A DNA stretch of 64,000 bases from Raillietiella orientalis (Eukaryota), in assembly GCA_036172245.1 (NCBI GenBank), contig JAYWIR010000007.1:1612001-1676000 (forward strand), written 5' to 3'. The notes beneath the pieces were generated by a model. That model made no database searches, was not told the origin of the DNA, and saw only the letters and a list, made by a program, of their open reading frames with translations. The translations under genes were made by a program, and so were the position numbers. Positions 48,861 through 63,596 of the stretch are shown here, in pieces (within the stretch, counting starts at the first letter, position 1; each line of letters starts with the position of its first letter).

Positions 48861-50713
48861 ACCCCGTGGTGCCTTCTTCGTCTGGTCATAGCCTTCCAGG
48901 CGAGCCGCCTGTCTTTCTGGGCAAACTGCATTTTTCGAGGAACTCGATTATCTGGCGATTCTTTGAGTGAGACTTTAAATCATCTTTGAGGGTTCCTAAT
49001 AGAAGAAACAGCGCGAAAAATACAAGAATGAACTGATGCAGGTATCTGCAATACTTTAATAACAGTCTCGGGAGAAGATTTCAAGAATGGATTCCAAGAA
49101 GGGCCTTTAGAGCATCTAATATGGTGAAGATTCGATGGAAAAGTAGACCCTTCAGTCACGATAAACAATCTTAAGCCCGCTCTTTCCCGCTCTTCCTTGC
49201 AGAGACATCAGAATCTTTGTTTCGAGTGGGGCCTTTGAAGACTTATCGCGTTTACAGCCGCGCTGTCTTACCATGCCGCTTCCAGTCTGCTTCCTGCGGC
49301 CCTGGAACTTCCTCTCTCCTCCGATATCCAGCTCGACCGAGGATCCCCCCCCCTCCCTTTTGGGGGCGGGGGGGGGGGAAGACAGACTCCCTCCCGGAAG
49401 CATTTAAATCGAAAAGCGGATGAAGGTGGTGGTGAAACGGCCGCTTGCCGAGCTTCCGTAGAAGAACGGGAGGCACAACTTTCATGTACGAACACGGAGC
49501 AAAAACTGTATCGAGGATTTGCTAATGCCAGATAATGGAGGCTGCTAACGGAGAATGATAATTCAGTGCAAGCAATACTTCGATCATACTTGAATATACG
49601 TCCAGTCGGTTTGAATGGATTGCTGCGGCAGAACTGCATTAACTTTAAACAGGAATTTCATATTCACTTCTCTTCGCACCCAGAAGAACCGAGGACCCTT
49701 TCAAATCTACAGCAGCTATGAATCTTTCCTTGTATGATGTTTCAGCAGAGGAAACCTGGATTTATTCGAACGAAAGAAAAATAAAACCTCGTGCCTCCAC
49801 GCCCCTCCCCCTGAGTATCCTTCCCACAAAATGAACATTACGAAAGATTGCATAGAGAATGCCTGTGTGTCACACTTGTAATATCCTGGATGGATTGCTT
49901 GATTGAATTTTTAAAAGTGTCATTTTCCAACTGTGCCATCCGGGGAATGATGATCTTTTGCACCCAAAGAGGCTCTTTTTCCCTACGCTGACTGCAAATC
50001 TCCAGGTTTTTTTTCCCACGAGAAACTTTTCTGCTTGCGGTCGCCCTGATTTTCAAATGGTGTGTTCGTTTCGGTGCCCATTCTGATGCTCTGCCATGGG
50101 GAACACAAGAGATGGCGAAGAGTGGACGCCTTCCGCCAGACGTGACGACTTCCGGTTCGCGCGGGACACCTTCGTGACGCAACAATGGCCACTGAGAGCG
50201 TGCGGCGCGGAGCCGACATCTTTGAAGCATTCCGGGTTGTGTGCGTTCGCGTGTTTTGTCGGTGAGTGTGAAGGGAGCTTTTCAAGAAACGATGGAATAA
50301 ATAAATAAATAAATAACCAGGCATGAAATCACGCGGACTGAACTTGTTGCTTTCGGGAAACGCCCTCAGGAATATTCTATCGAGCGGATCATCGCAAATG
50401 AAGAATATGGTACCCCCCGTTTTAATCAGTAGGCATCTGAAATCGCACAACAGCTTGGAAGTTTGTTTATAAAGGACACCATGACTCGAAACTTTGCGGT
50501 AAATTGGATTTATTCTCGTCCTGTCTGATCATCCTACGATTTATTCTCATCTATCATCCTGTTCTCATATGAAAATAATCTTTGTTCAGTCCGGGATCTC
50601 GAAGGAATCCCAAAACGTCCTGGTCAGAAGGCTTTTCGAGATCCGTTGCATTCAATTACCTTGCAAAATGCCTTGCGTCTCCCTTGACAGCTTCATTTGT
50701 GTTTTCAATTTTT

Positions 50714-50715
<2 letters not shown>

Positions 50716-50749
<34 letters not shown>
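50716..50749 (+). repeat. Poly(A) run (34 nt)
   Basis: Uninterrupted A homopolymer. Confidence 0.95.
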
Positions 50750-50751
<2 letters not shown>

Positions 50752-52379
50752 AGAAAAATCTTTCGCAGACGAAACCTTTTCGGTCCACGGAATCTGAGAG
50801 CCTTGTGGTTTTGTATGCCCGCGTTCGCCGTATGACGGAGTGAAAGCCGATTTTTTTAGCCTGTGGTTTTTGCTTGATGAATGTCTCCTACATCTGTCTG
50901 TCAGATTTCTCCGATTGGATGGAGGAGGCTGATCCGATTTCATCTTTCTTCCCTGATTCTCTCATATTAGAAATCCGCGGCGCTTGGAGAGACGAAGACT
51001 TTGGAGGAGCCGCGAGCGGATCGCTCGTAACGTGCGTTACGCGGTGTTGTCAAGAAAGTCAGGTGATTATCGCAAACACTCCAGCATCCCAGTGCTGCCC
51101 TTTATGGGTCGCTCCCCTTTATGGGTCGATCCCCGAAAAACTCGGAATGGTTGTCTTCGTACTGTGGCACGAGCTTTACGATGAGGGTAAAAAGTGGAGT
51201 TATTAGTTTTCTAGACAGTTTCGTTCCTCACTGGTTTTGCGCTTACTTCCGTATGCGCTGCACATTTCTTTGGTTTATACCGCTCTCGCTGGAAGGAGTT
51301 TCCTCTGATATTGAAACATGAGAAAGGAATGTTTCCCGGATCGAACTGCATCACGTGCCTGCTCCACATGTCCAGGAGAATGGCCGTTGTTATTACTGAC
51401 CATCGCACGCAGCTGATCCTCCTTGCAGTGTTCCTAGTGCGAGCACGAGCGACAGGCATTAGTGGTTCTACTAGTGAAGGCGAATCTCGAAAGACCCCTG
51501 ATTGAAGCGTTCTTCTTGGGTCACGGAAAGCATCCGAGAAAGAGGCGAGCCCCGAACACAACTCTAGTTACCGGCGACAAGCATCTCAGCCAACCGTTGC
51601 CGCTGAGACACCATATGGTCCAGCAAGCCTCCGTAAGCTGACCGTCTGGATATTATTCGGTTGGAAAGACCATCTCTTCCCAGGCGGACCATAGAAGGCC
51701 ATACGAAAAGGTCAAAGTGTAGAAGGCCATACGAATAGAAGAGAGCGCTGCCCGGAGTTTCGGCCCATGTGGTTGGAGCCACGCTCTACGGAGTCGTAGA
51801 AGTGCTGCTGGGAGACATTCCGCATTTGTTCCAGCATGGATGGGACACTAGGAGTGCACGAAATCTCCCCTGTATCCTCTCAGACATCGATCCTATGCCA
51901 CCAGTTGGTCACTCTGCGCATCCCTCGAACACCTCAAGTTGTTGGAATCTTTTTCTCGAACCACCACTCTTCAGTAACACGTCTCATGCTCAGAACAAAT
52001 GAGGATGAGACGCGGAACATCTGAGGTCTTTGCTTGTCCGATTCAGCAGATCACAGAAGAGTAAGTGCTCTAGTTCGCTTTCGGTGAGCCTCGTCTGTTG
52101 TGCACCCTCTGCATCCGTGGTACAGTGGGATGAGCTTCCGCAAACTTCCGATCTGTCGACTCCTATTTTGGAGGCTGAGTTGACTCCTGAGCAGCATCTT
52201 AGAGACGAGACTCCGTCCTTTTGAGCTTTCTTTTCCTGTGAATTTTCCGTAAAGAAGAGTGCAACAGGCGGCAAGTAGCAGGACCATTGGATTTGGGCGC
52301 ATCGACGGCAGTAGCTCCACCGAGAGAGAATTCCCTCAGAAAGGAAGAAACGGGTGCCCCCTCAATACCTTTCGAGAAC

Positions 52380-52800
52380 GCAGGCACGCCCTTCTTCTCC
52401 ATCGGACTGAAAAATTCACTCCAACTGCTGCAAGAGACGCAAGTGGTGGTGCAAACCGAGCGGATCCTCGAGACCTCATCTTGCCTGCAGCCCAGCGGGG
52501 TAATCGTGCTCGCTATCTGCCCAGCAAAACCGAGTGGGGATGCTCCGAATTAGAGAGCGGGTTCCATCAGCGGAAACGAGTGGAAGAAACACTGGAAACT
52601 GATGGGAACTGGAAACATCCGTCTGCTTCTCTCTAATCACTTTGGTTACGCAAAGGAATTCCTTGCCTGCGTGCCGAAAAGGCAGCTCTGCACTCGTTTC
52701 CGGGACTTGCACCCCTGTTCTCTACAGGCATGTCGAAGCTCTACCTTAGAGGATTTCCGGTTTGTTTTTCCCGACCTTCGTTCTCAAAACAAAGAAGCTT
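52380..52800 (+). mobile_element. Decayed APE-type endonuclease domain of a LINE ORF2
   Basis: Collinear relics LLQETQ, SGVIVL, NIRLL..GYA, FRDLHP and LEDFRFVFPDL (~LDRFxV). Confidence 0.45.
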
Positions 52801-55499
52801 GCGGTTCGTTCCGCTTCTGCAAGAAGAGCGTCGAGGAGGAACTTGATCTGCGCCATCTCCGAAAGCTCACAGCGAGAAAATCCTCGCATTGAGGAGCGAG
52901 CAGGAGGCAGGTCTTGAAGAAGGAGAATCTCCGGGACGAAAGGTCCAGAATTGCGGAGGAATATTCGATGAACGCTCCCGACTTACTGACGAAGAGGACG
53001 GAACTTCTATCCGAGGAAAGAATCCGGGGCAAGTTCGAAGAAATTGATAATGTCTGCGAATCGATCCTGTAGGAGTAACCTGGAAACGAGCAAGCGAGTG
53101 AAATTCCTCCACTTTGCTGTTCGTCGCCTCATTCGCTACCCACCCCGAAATGGGCGAAACTGAATGCCTGGAAGCGCTTTCGTGCCAAAGTGGGAGTTGG
53201 CGGAGGCGCAGAATCGATTCCGTTAGCGGATTGATCAAACAAAGTTGATCTCAACACGCTGTCACCCGCCTAGGGGTCATGAGGAAAAACAGAGAAGTAT
53301 GAGCGGGATCGGGAACACCCTAGAGTTCGTTCCCACCGACACTAAAGACGCATGGGTCTTATAAAGGAAGGATGTCCGTCGACACATTGCAGCTGTCTCT
53401 CTCTCTCTCAAGACTGTTGCGTCGCTTTCCTGAAAACGCGTCATCTCGAGCGCCACCAAACGCTGGCAGTTGGCTCATTACTGAACCGTACTTTGCAAGC
53501 GGCATCCTTGCCCAAGTGTGCAGGCGAGCACAATGCTGGCAGGAGAGCTGAAGCCATACGAAGGGATCCAGGAATTCCTTATCCACCACAACGCGCAAGC
53601 CTCCTGATTGGAGGTGAATCGCGTGGCGATCATCTGTGAGAGCATCCTCGTATGAAGCGATCAGGGGCAGAACATAGGAGACATCTGAGACCTGCTGCTA
53701 GAGCTGAAGTCGGCGAAAAGTAAAAGCAGGCCTTGAAGAGCAGGAACTCTAACGAGGAAGCGCTCTTTTCAGTGTCTGGATGAATGGTCTGGTGATTGGT
53801 ATCCGGTATGGAAACCTGGTGGGAGAAATCCTTCGCATCTACGTCAGTGGTTCTCACCTTTGAGTCAAATGGATGCTCGATGGCGCTTTGGGCAAGAAAA
53901 AAAAAAGATTCCTTCGTTCTTTTTCCTCCTTTTCTTTTTTTCGCTCCCTCCCTTCGCATGTGATGCTGGTTCTCTGGATGCTGTTTGTTACGAGGACAAG
54001 TCCTCTTCTGTAGAGAGTCACCATGAGGCGCCGAGCAAGCGGTGGACGGAGCGCACTCAAGAGGGAAGAGGCCGTTGCCATGCGCACCATTGGAAAAGGG
54101 AAGCCATTTCCTCCTCAGTAACAAGACGAATCTCCAGAAGGCTCGAATCTGAGAGGAACGGCGTGTCTGCGTGTGTTTTCGCATACGCCCTTCCTCCCCC
54201 TCCCCCGCCCCTTCCCTCCTACTTACAGTGACCTTACGCCATCTTCGAGGCATGAGGACACTGCCCGGTTCCGTTCGAGTTTCTCAGAGCAGGCAAAGGA
54301 TGTTTTCCTAGCGAAGCTTTCGCTGTGTGGAATGACCATGGTCTACCAGTACTTCCGGACGTGGCGCGCAAGAACTGCAGAAAGGTGCAGTGTCTTTCCC
54401 TGAAGAACGGCCCTTTCTTCTCCAAGTGTTTCTGCCATCGAGACAGAACGCAAGTTGCTGCCCCAAACTTCAGCCGCGCGCCATCTGCGAGCAGATTTTC
54501 CGGTGCTTCTTCGTCGCAGTAGTTGGCCGCCGCGGAGGTCGCAACTTCCTCTTGATCGAAGGAATCCCTCGCGCAGCGACGCTCTCCTGGATCAGAATGC
54601 TGCCAGGCTTCCTTCTTCTTCCTTCGACGCGATCTTCCTCCGCGAGCCACATCTTCCAGAGATGCAATCCGGAAGAGGCAGGACCGGGACGAAGCACCGC
54701 TTCGTTTCCCTGCCGACGCGGGAGCCGAGCGACGACGCCATTCGGGGGACGCCTCCAGACCCTCCCGACGAACCGCACGTGCGGATGCACTCGACCCGTT
54801 TCGTGCAGCAACAGATGAGCGAGCTCTTCGAGAACGCCGAAGCTGCGCATGCGCAACTGCCTGCTCACCAAGCGTTTCCGCGCAACCAGCGTCTCATCCG
54901 TGTCTCCTCCTGGGAGAGAAAGGAGAGGAAACCGAAAGGGATGTGGTCTCGGGAGGAAGCTCGACCCCCATCCAGGACGCGGGGACGTTCGTATCCCGAG
55001 CAACGAAACCCGTGATTAAAACGATGATTCTTTGAATTATGAATGATTTGCTCAAGGAGAAAGCAGATGTGCAGATGAAATTCGAGAGTAGGCTCAGGGA
55101 AACGAGGGATGCTGCTGATTTACTAGAGTTCCAAAGTAAGAGGAACTTGATTCGGATCCTCCCTGAAGGTGTAGCATCATTTAGAAAATCCACCTTGGAC
55201 CGCCGTCGACTTTCTCCAACCAACCGCTCTGGGGACCGGGAGCAGGGGATCCCCGTCTCTCCCGCGATGGCTGCTACGAGGCAGCCAGCTGGGATAAGAA
55301 GGGTCGGTTGCGGAGACGCGGGTCAGCGCATCCTCCTCCTGTCTGAGGATCAGTCTCCCGACTCCCGGAATTCGAATGCTACTCCCTGGCAACAACGAAC
55401 AGGAGCCGAACCTCCTAAGCGGAGCTACTTCCGGACCCACCGACTCCGGATCCTCGAGCTGAAATACCTCCTGGCGATCAGAATCTCTCATGGGATGAT

Positions 55500-56440
55500 A
55501 AATCCAGGTGCGGAGGATACTGTTTGACGGGAGGAGGACACCAGCTTGCATGCCCTTCTGCTTGGAAACCTGCGTGGCAACGGCCGCCTCCTCTTCGGCT
55601 CCCTCGAAGTGCCTCGCTCAGCGCACCGAGACCGAGACCAGTGTCCCTTGCTTAGGCTTACTCTGGCAGCGAGACAGCAGGGCTTCCCTTCTGGCACATA
55701 TTCCGAAGAGTTTTCTCGCGAACACATGGTGGCAACCGTATCCATGGGGGACGGCAGTTCCTCTGCGCATTGCTGCGCCTACATTCCTTTGTTTTCCCTT
55801 CAAACTCTTCCGAGGACCGAGGACTTATACGCTGGGGTGAGCTGCTGAACATTCCTATTGAAGACCAAAGTTCATGAACAGCAGCGCTCTCTCCCTGGAA
55901 TTGGCACTTCTGCTGTTGGACTGGTGTCTTCGCTTGCAACTCCTGCCGACATCACTGGACAGGAGGGACTGCGAGCTCAGACCATCGCAGGTCCTTGGAC
56001 TCTGTTGCCCTCTGGCCCCTGTGGGAACCTTCCGGGACAACCCTGTGGACCCTGGTTGGCAGCCTTAGAGGCATCATAAAACTCCTCTTCACGCGGGATA
56101 CCCTCCCGCCAGTCGCAGTCTCAGTAGTCCTTTGCTGCATCCGCGAGATCGTGGCGGACCTGGAAGGAGGACCTAACAAGAGGGACGCCGTCCAGTATGC
56201 AGCTCGCTTTCTGCGGATGGCAGCCAGATGGCCCCAGCTTTCCGGTTGAAAAGGATGCAGAGGGGTTCCACTTGTCCAGCGGACAGTTATCCCTTCCTGG
56301 CCCTCCATTTTTCTTTTTTTTTGGCAATTCTTTAGTCAAGTTTTTTTTTTAGTTTTCTTTTTTCTTCTTTCCCCTCCCCTCCGCTGCTGAGGCGACGGAA
56401 GACCGACAAACCTGCAATGAACTCCCTGGCATGACCGGGT
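55500..56440 (+). mobile_element. Decayed LINE ORF2 C-terminus with 3' end
   Basis: KLLFTRDTLPPVA...RDAVQYAARFLRMAARWPQL, T-rich tract, ccctggcatgaccgggt. Confidence 0.75.
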
Positions 56441-59400
56441 GTGACCCAAAGTCTTCCGCCTTCCTTGTGCACGTCTGGGAGAAAGATCGCAACCCGAATC
56501 CGCCATCCTCTTTGGAGGGATCTCTTCGTTCCTAAATTCCTGTTGCTCTGGATGAGGCAGTTGGGCCAGAGCGGAAACCTTCTTTTCACGGAGCCCGCGG
56601 GTACTGCACCAGAAGATCTCTTCCTCCCCCATCTTTCCACCCGAAGCGGGTGGTACAAAGGGTCCCACCCACGCCCCATCCCCGTCAAGCGAACTTCCGA
56701 ACGCTCGCTCTTACTTGGACCAGGGCGCTGCATCCCTCTTTCGCTGCTGCCGTCGCTTCGGGAGACCGTTCCCTGAACGCTCTCCCTTCCTTCTTCAGGT
56801 ACTTCCCCGCACCCGTGTCCCGGAATGGACGCCTCTCGGATCCCCGCGGAAGGGAACGCCGACAGCAGTGCGCCCTCGTGGCTGCAAAGCAAGCTGCATC
56901 ACTTCCGCACTTCCCCATCAGGCGGGAGGCAGAGACCCTTGGTCCTCCAGAAGCGATACGACCGGGAGCTGAAGGCACCGCGCAGGCCTCACCCGCGCCT
57001 GCGGTCGTGTGGCAGAGCGAGGGCCGACACGAGTCCTTCGCAGGTTCTCATGGCAACGGTCGGAGAGGGGCAGCAGGTCCCACAAAGGCCAGCAACCGGA
57101 ATGATGCCCTGCATCTGCGTCCGTTCGGTGGAGGGCCGGTTCAGGCTCACCCGCATTTTGGCGACGGCATTTTGGCTCGGCCTTCTCATTCGAGGATAGC
57201 TGGGGACGCTTACATTAAATAAATAAAAACAAATAGCGTCGACATGTGTCGACGCACCTTTTCCGGGGGCAGAACTAGGGAGGAGTGGGGAAACAGAGGA
57301 TGGGATGGAGGGCAACAAATAAATAAGGAACGTGTGGACAGGCTCCACAGCACTCCGCGCGGTTGTGAGGGATGGGAAGAGGAAGGGGAAAGGTTGGGAG
57401 TGCTCTCGGAAGAAGCTGTGGCTATCCATTCTCCAGGATTCAGCAGCTCTAGGAACCTTCTACGAGGCTTTGCTGTCGGAGGGAAGGTGCGGAGAGGATG
57501 GGACACGCGCGTCCGCAAGGATTTCCAGCCCACGGATTCGACCGGCAACCCCGACGGTGGGCGACCTGCGGGAACGGCGTCAATTCCCTCCGTTCTCAGT
57601 AGAGCTGGAGCACACCGCCCCGACGGGAGTCCCTCCGCATCCAACTCTTCCCCTCCCCCATTTCTGCCGTCTTGCGGCTGCTCTGCTCCCGTCCGGTCAC
57701 GGCAGCGGCCCCTCAGCTTCGCCCGTGACCTACGCACGCCGCCCTGCACACCCTTCGCCGAGTTGCGCGCGCCCCTGTCGCGGCCCTTCGTGGCGAGGAG
57801 CCACGTGACCTCGTACCCGGGCCGCGCGCTGGAGATGAGGCCAGCGAGCGGATCTCCCAGGAGTCGAGCTGGTCCGCGCGTGACCTTCCCCCGCATGCGA
57901 GGGTCCGTGGAGGACTGCCGAAGGCGTTTCCCTCGGATCAGTCCTGATCGGGACCGGTCGACCGTCGTCCGTATGAGCATCGCCCGGCCTTGAGCATCCG
58001 TTCGGGACCGAGAGGAGCGGCCATCCAGGAGGAACGATGAATGTCTGTAGGGCTAAATTCCATCCGGGAGCGACTGTTCTCCCCCGAGGGTTATGGCGTT
58101 CTCACTCCTCCAGCTCGAATACTTCGCAGGCAGACGGATGCTGGAACCGAGAAGAGACTGGACCTTGGAGGGGACGTCGGTCCTGATGCAAGAGCAAACT
58201 GCCTTGTTCCTCAGTCATCCGGTTTCGCTTCCGGCTGGAACGGCGTCCAGGAACGGCCGACAGGCGGGGGACTAACCGATGGCGGCAAACGACGGGAACC
58301 GGGGATGGCGTCTGCTCTTACATCAAGCACTGCTGGAACCAGCAACAGATCCGCTATCCACCTCCTCGCATCAGCACTCACCCTCCGAACGTCCGAGGGC
58401 TGGTCAAGGCAGCCAGAGGAAGGCCTGGGACAGCCTTTGGAGACATGCGGTACGGGAAGTTACTCAAGCGGCCATGGCAGCCCAGCAGTAACGACGAGGT
58501 GCCGTGTCGAGGAAGAGGGGGGTGCGAGTCGTATCCACGGAGACGGTCTGTCCGCCTAGTCCTCCCGAGCGCTCTTTGTGGACCAGTCGGAACCTGCAAT
58601 GCTGTGGCAGGCACTCGCATCCCGGAAACCGGCCCTTCCTAGTCTGTCGCTTTCCTCTTGGTGCCGGGATGCCGCCTGGGAGCGTCGGCTCGGCACCCGG
58701 GAAGCGTGTCCTAGAGCTGAAGCTCTCCTCCGAGCTCTCCTCCTTGCCGCCGGCCACGCCATAAGGAAGAATCCCTCGGAATGCTGAAAGAGGAAGAGAG
58801 GAATAGGACGAGCGAGTTTCCGGAAGGCCTCGCAGGACGGTGCCCCAAGGATCAGTGCATCCAACTCCAGGTGCTTTCCTCTCCTCATCCCTTCGGCGGA
58901 TCTCGCCGGAGGACATTCGAAAAATTCCCTAGGAACTCCTTTTCGGTTTCCCACGTGCTCGTGGATGGCGGACGGGCGAACGAGGGGTCTCCGAGTATTC
59001 GCGGGGTGTCTGCCCTGACGCGACCCTCTGTTCACCGTCACTCAGAGATTACTCCTCCAGGCGGAGCCCAGGCGCGCCACCCCAGATCTGCCCGGTCCTC
59101 AGGCGGAAGGGACTTCCCAAGGAGAGCGACAAGTTCTGCGACCTCCCGGGAAAAAGGCGGCTTCACCCTGCTGCTGCCAGGATCCCAACGCCTTCCCTGA
59201 TCGAAAGCGAGGACTCCACAACCTGATGAGCCGAGATTCTCCAGTTTCCGAGGGATCCACGAGATCACATGTTCAGTCAAGCGAAACCGAAAACGCTGCG
59301 AAAGCACAAACGAAGAACAGAGTTGTCCCTTCCGGGACCTTGACACTTTCTCTTCCCCGTACTACTTTCCCCAGTCACCCCTTCCCCCGTTTGCAAGTCG

Positions 59401-59899
59401 ACCCAGTAAGCATTCCTTCCCCTCTCGCCCATTGTGACCTGAGGACCAATGTTTCACATGACCATACCCCAGCAGTAGGAAAATCGAATTCCCCCATGAC
59501 CACAAAGCAATCCCTTCTGACGCATCTTTCCGACGTAACGCTGCTCTCGCGAAGATGTGGCCAGCAGCAGCTGGAGCAAGCGGTGGCTCCTAAGAAGCGC
59601 ACCAGCCCTTCCTCGACAAAAGCAGCCCTCCTGTTGCTTCGGCGCCTGCGTCCGAGACCGCGGGTCAGGGACCCTCCCCCTCCGCCTCTGCTGACGTCTG
59701 GTCCGTCCCACATCCGCAGCCGACGGCCCAAAAGACCTCCCCGCCTCCACCGAAGGCCGGCGCCTCGCTGCCCCCTCGAATGAGTCCGTCCATTCCCTAA
59801 GGTTTGAGAGTTCCTCCCTGCGGTGCTCTCCCTTGCGTGACTACCCGAGCTGCAGCGGGGCGGCCTTTGGCAGCGGACAAACCGAGCAAAGCAGAAAGC

Positions 59900-60560
59900 A
59901 AGGATGCAGATGGGACGGTGCTCGTTGGGGGGCGCTCGTTGCTACGGAATTTCGAAGAGTTCTGGGTGCACTGAAGAGAGACCACCTGACTTGTCGTTGA
60001 TGGCCGCCTCGGGGAAAGAGGATGCTAAGCAACGAGAAGGAGGTGTCCCCCAGCGGTCGCAAGACTCGTACTTCTTTTCCTGGGGCCGAAGGACCCAGCT
60101 CGTCCGCAAGGGCAGGCAGCACAACGGGAACCGGGAATGCGGATCGCACCGAAGAGACGAGGAACGGGACCCCCCGGAGAGCATACGTCATCGAGCATTG
60201 ATCGGGAGAAGGGGAAGGAGGGAGCAGCGTTTCCAGGTGGGGCGACGGTGGAGCGAAGGACGGCGGGAGAGCTAGCAGCGGCTCGGGAGCGTCCCGGCGG
60301 GCTGCCGACCCAAACCACGAACACATGACGTCGCCCCGAGCTGCGAGGAAGCGCTGCAAGAGAGCCTTCGGTCCGGAAATGAGGAACGAAACGGGGGAGA
60401 GTCGTCGCAGTCAGACTGCCCGCGCAGCAGCCGGGCTGCCCGCTCAGGGTGCTGCGAGGAGGTTCCACCTCTCGGGTCCAAGGGGCAGGTTTCCGGAAGG
60501 CCAGTATGAATATGGCCACCGAGCCTTGTTGACCGAGTTCCTCGCTGACACCTCCCTGAG
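59900..60560 (+). mobile_element. Highly decayed LINE RT core
   Basis: Relics QLVRKGRQHNGN, SSIDREK and QPGCPLRVL (~QGCPLSPL), in order. Confidence 0.35.
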
Positions 60561-61249
60561 AAGGAGGCCGGCATGGGGACGGCCACCGAGCCCGATTCGT
60601 CCAGTCCCTTCGGCTTTGCGCTTGGGCGCCGCTGCGTCGAGCGAGTTGCCCCCGCGCTCCGACCGCCAGGAAGTCTCCTGGCGGCGGCCGCGGCCTCGCG
60701 CATCACTTCCCGCTTTGCCTGCTGGCTGCGTTCTTTACGGACCCTCACAGAAGTCAGAGCCTCAGGTCAACTTTCGTGGCTCCTGCGCGATGTCCCCGAG
60801 ACGGAGGTGTCTCCAAGATGGGGATGCGTCCCGGACGCTTCCCCCTGCCTACGGACGTTCCATTTCCTCGGGAATACTCCTTCGACAGTCGCCAGGCCCG
60901 TTCATCGCGTAGCTTCCGGGATATCACCTCCTTCTCCTCTTCTCTTCCCACAGGAGAGGGCATGTGCAGCCGAGGGAGCGCGCGCCAACCTTCCAGGAAC
61001 CGAGTCTTCCTCCCGCTTCCAGTGAGCGAGTGAGCGCTCGGTCACGCAAGGAACACGGGAAAATACGAAGTGGCGGCGTGCCATTCGGAAGGCGCTGCTG
61101 TCCCTCTTGTGGTACTCTCATCCTTTCAACATCTTTCAGCTGCTGCTTCCCCTCCTCCGCCTCCTCTTTCCCCCCAACTTCGCGAATGGAGCGACTCGCT
61201 GGAGTCGCCCCTGCCGTGGCTCCTCCCTCTCTCCCTTCCCCCAAAAGAA

Positions 61250-61900
61250 AAAAGGTCCTAGGGGAGCAACGCTCTGCAGACGGACAGTGGCAGTAGGTTG
61301 GCCAGCAGGGAGGCGGCTCGCGTGGCGAAGGGAAAAGTCCGGTTCCTTCCATCGCCCCTCCCGTCTTTTCAGGAAGGTTTCGCCTGCTTCCGTTTCCCAT
61401 TATCTCTCCGCGACGGGATGGTGCGGGAAAGGAAGCGGTGATGCAGTTACAAGTCTTGTCCTCTCCCACCCTAGGAGCGAGGACCGTTCTTCAAACGCAC
61501 GTGGTCCTCCCCACATCGTCTTCAGCGCCTAGCCAAGGCGCAGCTTCCACAGTCCTCGACTTGCTAGCGCATCTCGAGCACCACGGGGATCAAACTGTCT
61601 CCTCCGTCGCGGCGTTGACTTGGCGCGGCCGCGTCAGGCGCGCCGCCGAGCGGAGGCAGGAAAGGGGGGAGAGTAACCTCCAGGAGAGAGTCGCAGCGAC
61701 GAAAGCCGTGAAGAGGGAGTCAGAGACGAATCCAAAGAAGTCAAGGGCCTCGATGCGACCCGCGAAGCGCGATCTCGCTTCCTCCTGGAACCATCCCCGG
61801 AAGCGTAGCTGCTGCTCGGGATCCCGGAACTCGCCGTCTCCTCGTCCGGAAAGTCTGCCGCCGCGAGCAAAGGGAGATTTTCAAGACTGCAGAGGTGAAG
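61250..61900 (-). mobile_element. Highly decayed LINE post-RT (thumb) region
   Basis: SGIPSSSY (cf. LGIPTSGY) and QRRDGG..LEMR (cf. SRRDGGLGLLMLERM). Confidence 0.35.
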
Positions 61901-63596
61901 GAGCCTGCCTGATCCAGGGTTGACCAGGGAAGAAAACACGAGAAACAACGGGCTCAACTCTGGACTAGAAAGTCATAGAATTGTGGAGGAACAGCCAAGA
62001 TTGGGAAGAAAAACGGCAGGAACAACAACGACGGGAAGTCCGAATGTCCCTGCTACCCCCGGATCGAGATGTGCGCGCTGGATCTCGGGTTGGAGGGAGA
62101 GAGGGAAGGAAGGAGCTAACCGACCGGACGAGGAAAGCGAGAGGGACCGTCGCCGGGACCCGCCGACAGGAAGCGACCGCGGTCGGGAACGCCTCCTGCA
62201 CTCGCGCGCGTCTCCAGAGTCGCCCCGGAACCCTGGGCCGCGGGTCGAACATCTATTCCTCCTCCTCCGCGGTGCCGACGGCTCTTCTCTCTTCCTCCTC
62301 TTCGCCAGATCGCGCGCGGTGCCGCGAGACAACGCCGGTGGTGCGTTCTGCACCCGTCCGGCGCTCAGGAACGATGGCTGCCGACGCGCGCACCACGCCC
62401 TCTTCACCATGTGAAACCACGACGACGACTCGTCCCCCTACTCGGTGGCGCTGTCGTCGCGCAGCGCGTCTGCAACCCCTCGGCTGGACGCGACGCAGGT
62501 ATCGGCGGCGGAGGGAGGACGTCGAAGGAGGCCACCGCAGCAGCTGCGCGGCAGCGGTGCTGACGATGGATGACGCCTGCCGATCACCTTCTAGTCGTTC
62601 TCCTCCTCCTCGCCTTCCGTCTCCGCGCCCCTTTCGCGCGACTCGCCAGCGGACCGACCGTTTCGTTCCCCTCCCTTCCTCCCTCCTACCCCCGGCCACC
62701 GCCCGACGAACCGGTACGACAGATCGAAGGGGTGGACCAGGATGAAAGGGGACGAAGGGGGGAGAACGCGCATGCCCCTGCGCGGGACCTCGACTCCGTT
62801 AATGATCCTCCCTCTTTTCCTCTGGTGCGACCCCCGGTCATCCTTCCGTTCCAGAATCTGCCTCAGAGCTCTGACTGTCGCCTGTCGCTCGTGGGGATGG
62901 AGAGTCAGTTGATGGAGCATCGGTCCGGTGCATCACGGCCTAGAATGAGTGGCGGCCGGAGGCAGTTGCGACCAGGGCTGCCATCCTGCAAAACGCGCAC
63001 AGAGGAACTTCGCTCCTTGAGGTGTCTTGCAAGCCTTCCACTGGGAGGTGTCTGTCTCGAACTGGTCCCGTCTGGCCGCCTCACGCCTTGCCGCAGCTCT
63101 TCTTGCCCCAAGGGCAAGGAACGGAAGCTGTCCATCCTCAAGGGGGGGAGAGGTCCTCCTCGACACTGAGAGAGAGACTAAACTCCCAGGCGGTTGCAAG
63201 ACGAACGAGCTGCCGGACGTTGTCGTGGACCAAGGGACTCCTTCGGTGGAAGGTAAATCCTTGGTGGCCCCTCTTAAGAATTTGAGGTTCGTCCCCTGCG
63301 TCTGCATGCTTCGGTGCTGTCCATCAGGTAGAAACGTCGAGGTGGAGCGGGGTTTCCGGCCTGGAGTTTCCAGAGCAACCGGCTCCGAGACCTCGCTCCC
63401 GAGCCGCCCGAGGAGCGGCACTCGTTCGAGTGGTACCCTCCTCACCCGTTTCTTGCGCTGCGGTGCCCTCCAGGAACTGCGGCGGGGAGCGACTTCGGAG
63501 CTGCTGCACGCAGTGGACGCCACCAGCAAGCTTGCTGCCACGGCAACAGCCCGCCACGTGCTGAAGTCTCGGGAGCAGCGGAGGTAGGTTTGTTAC

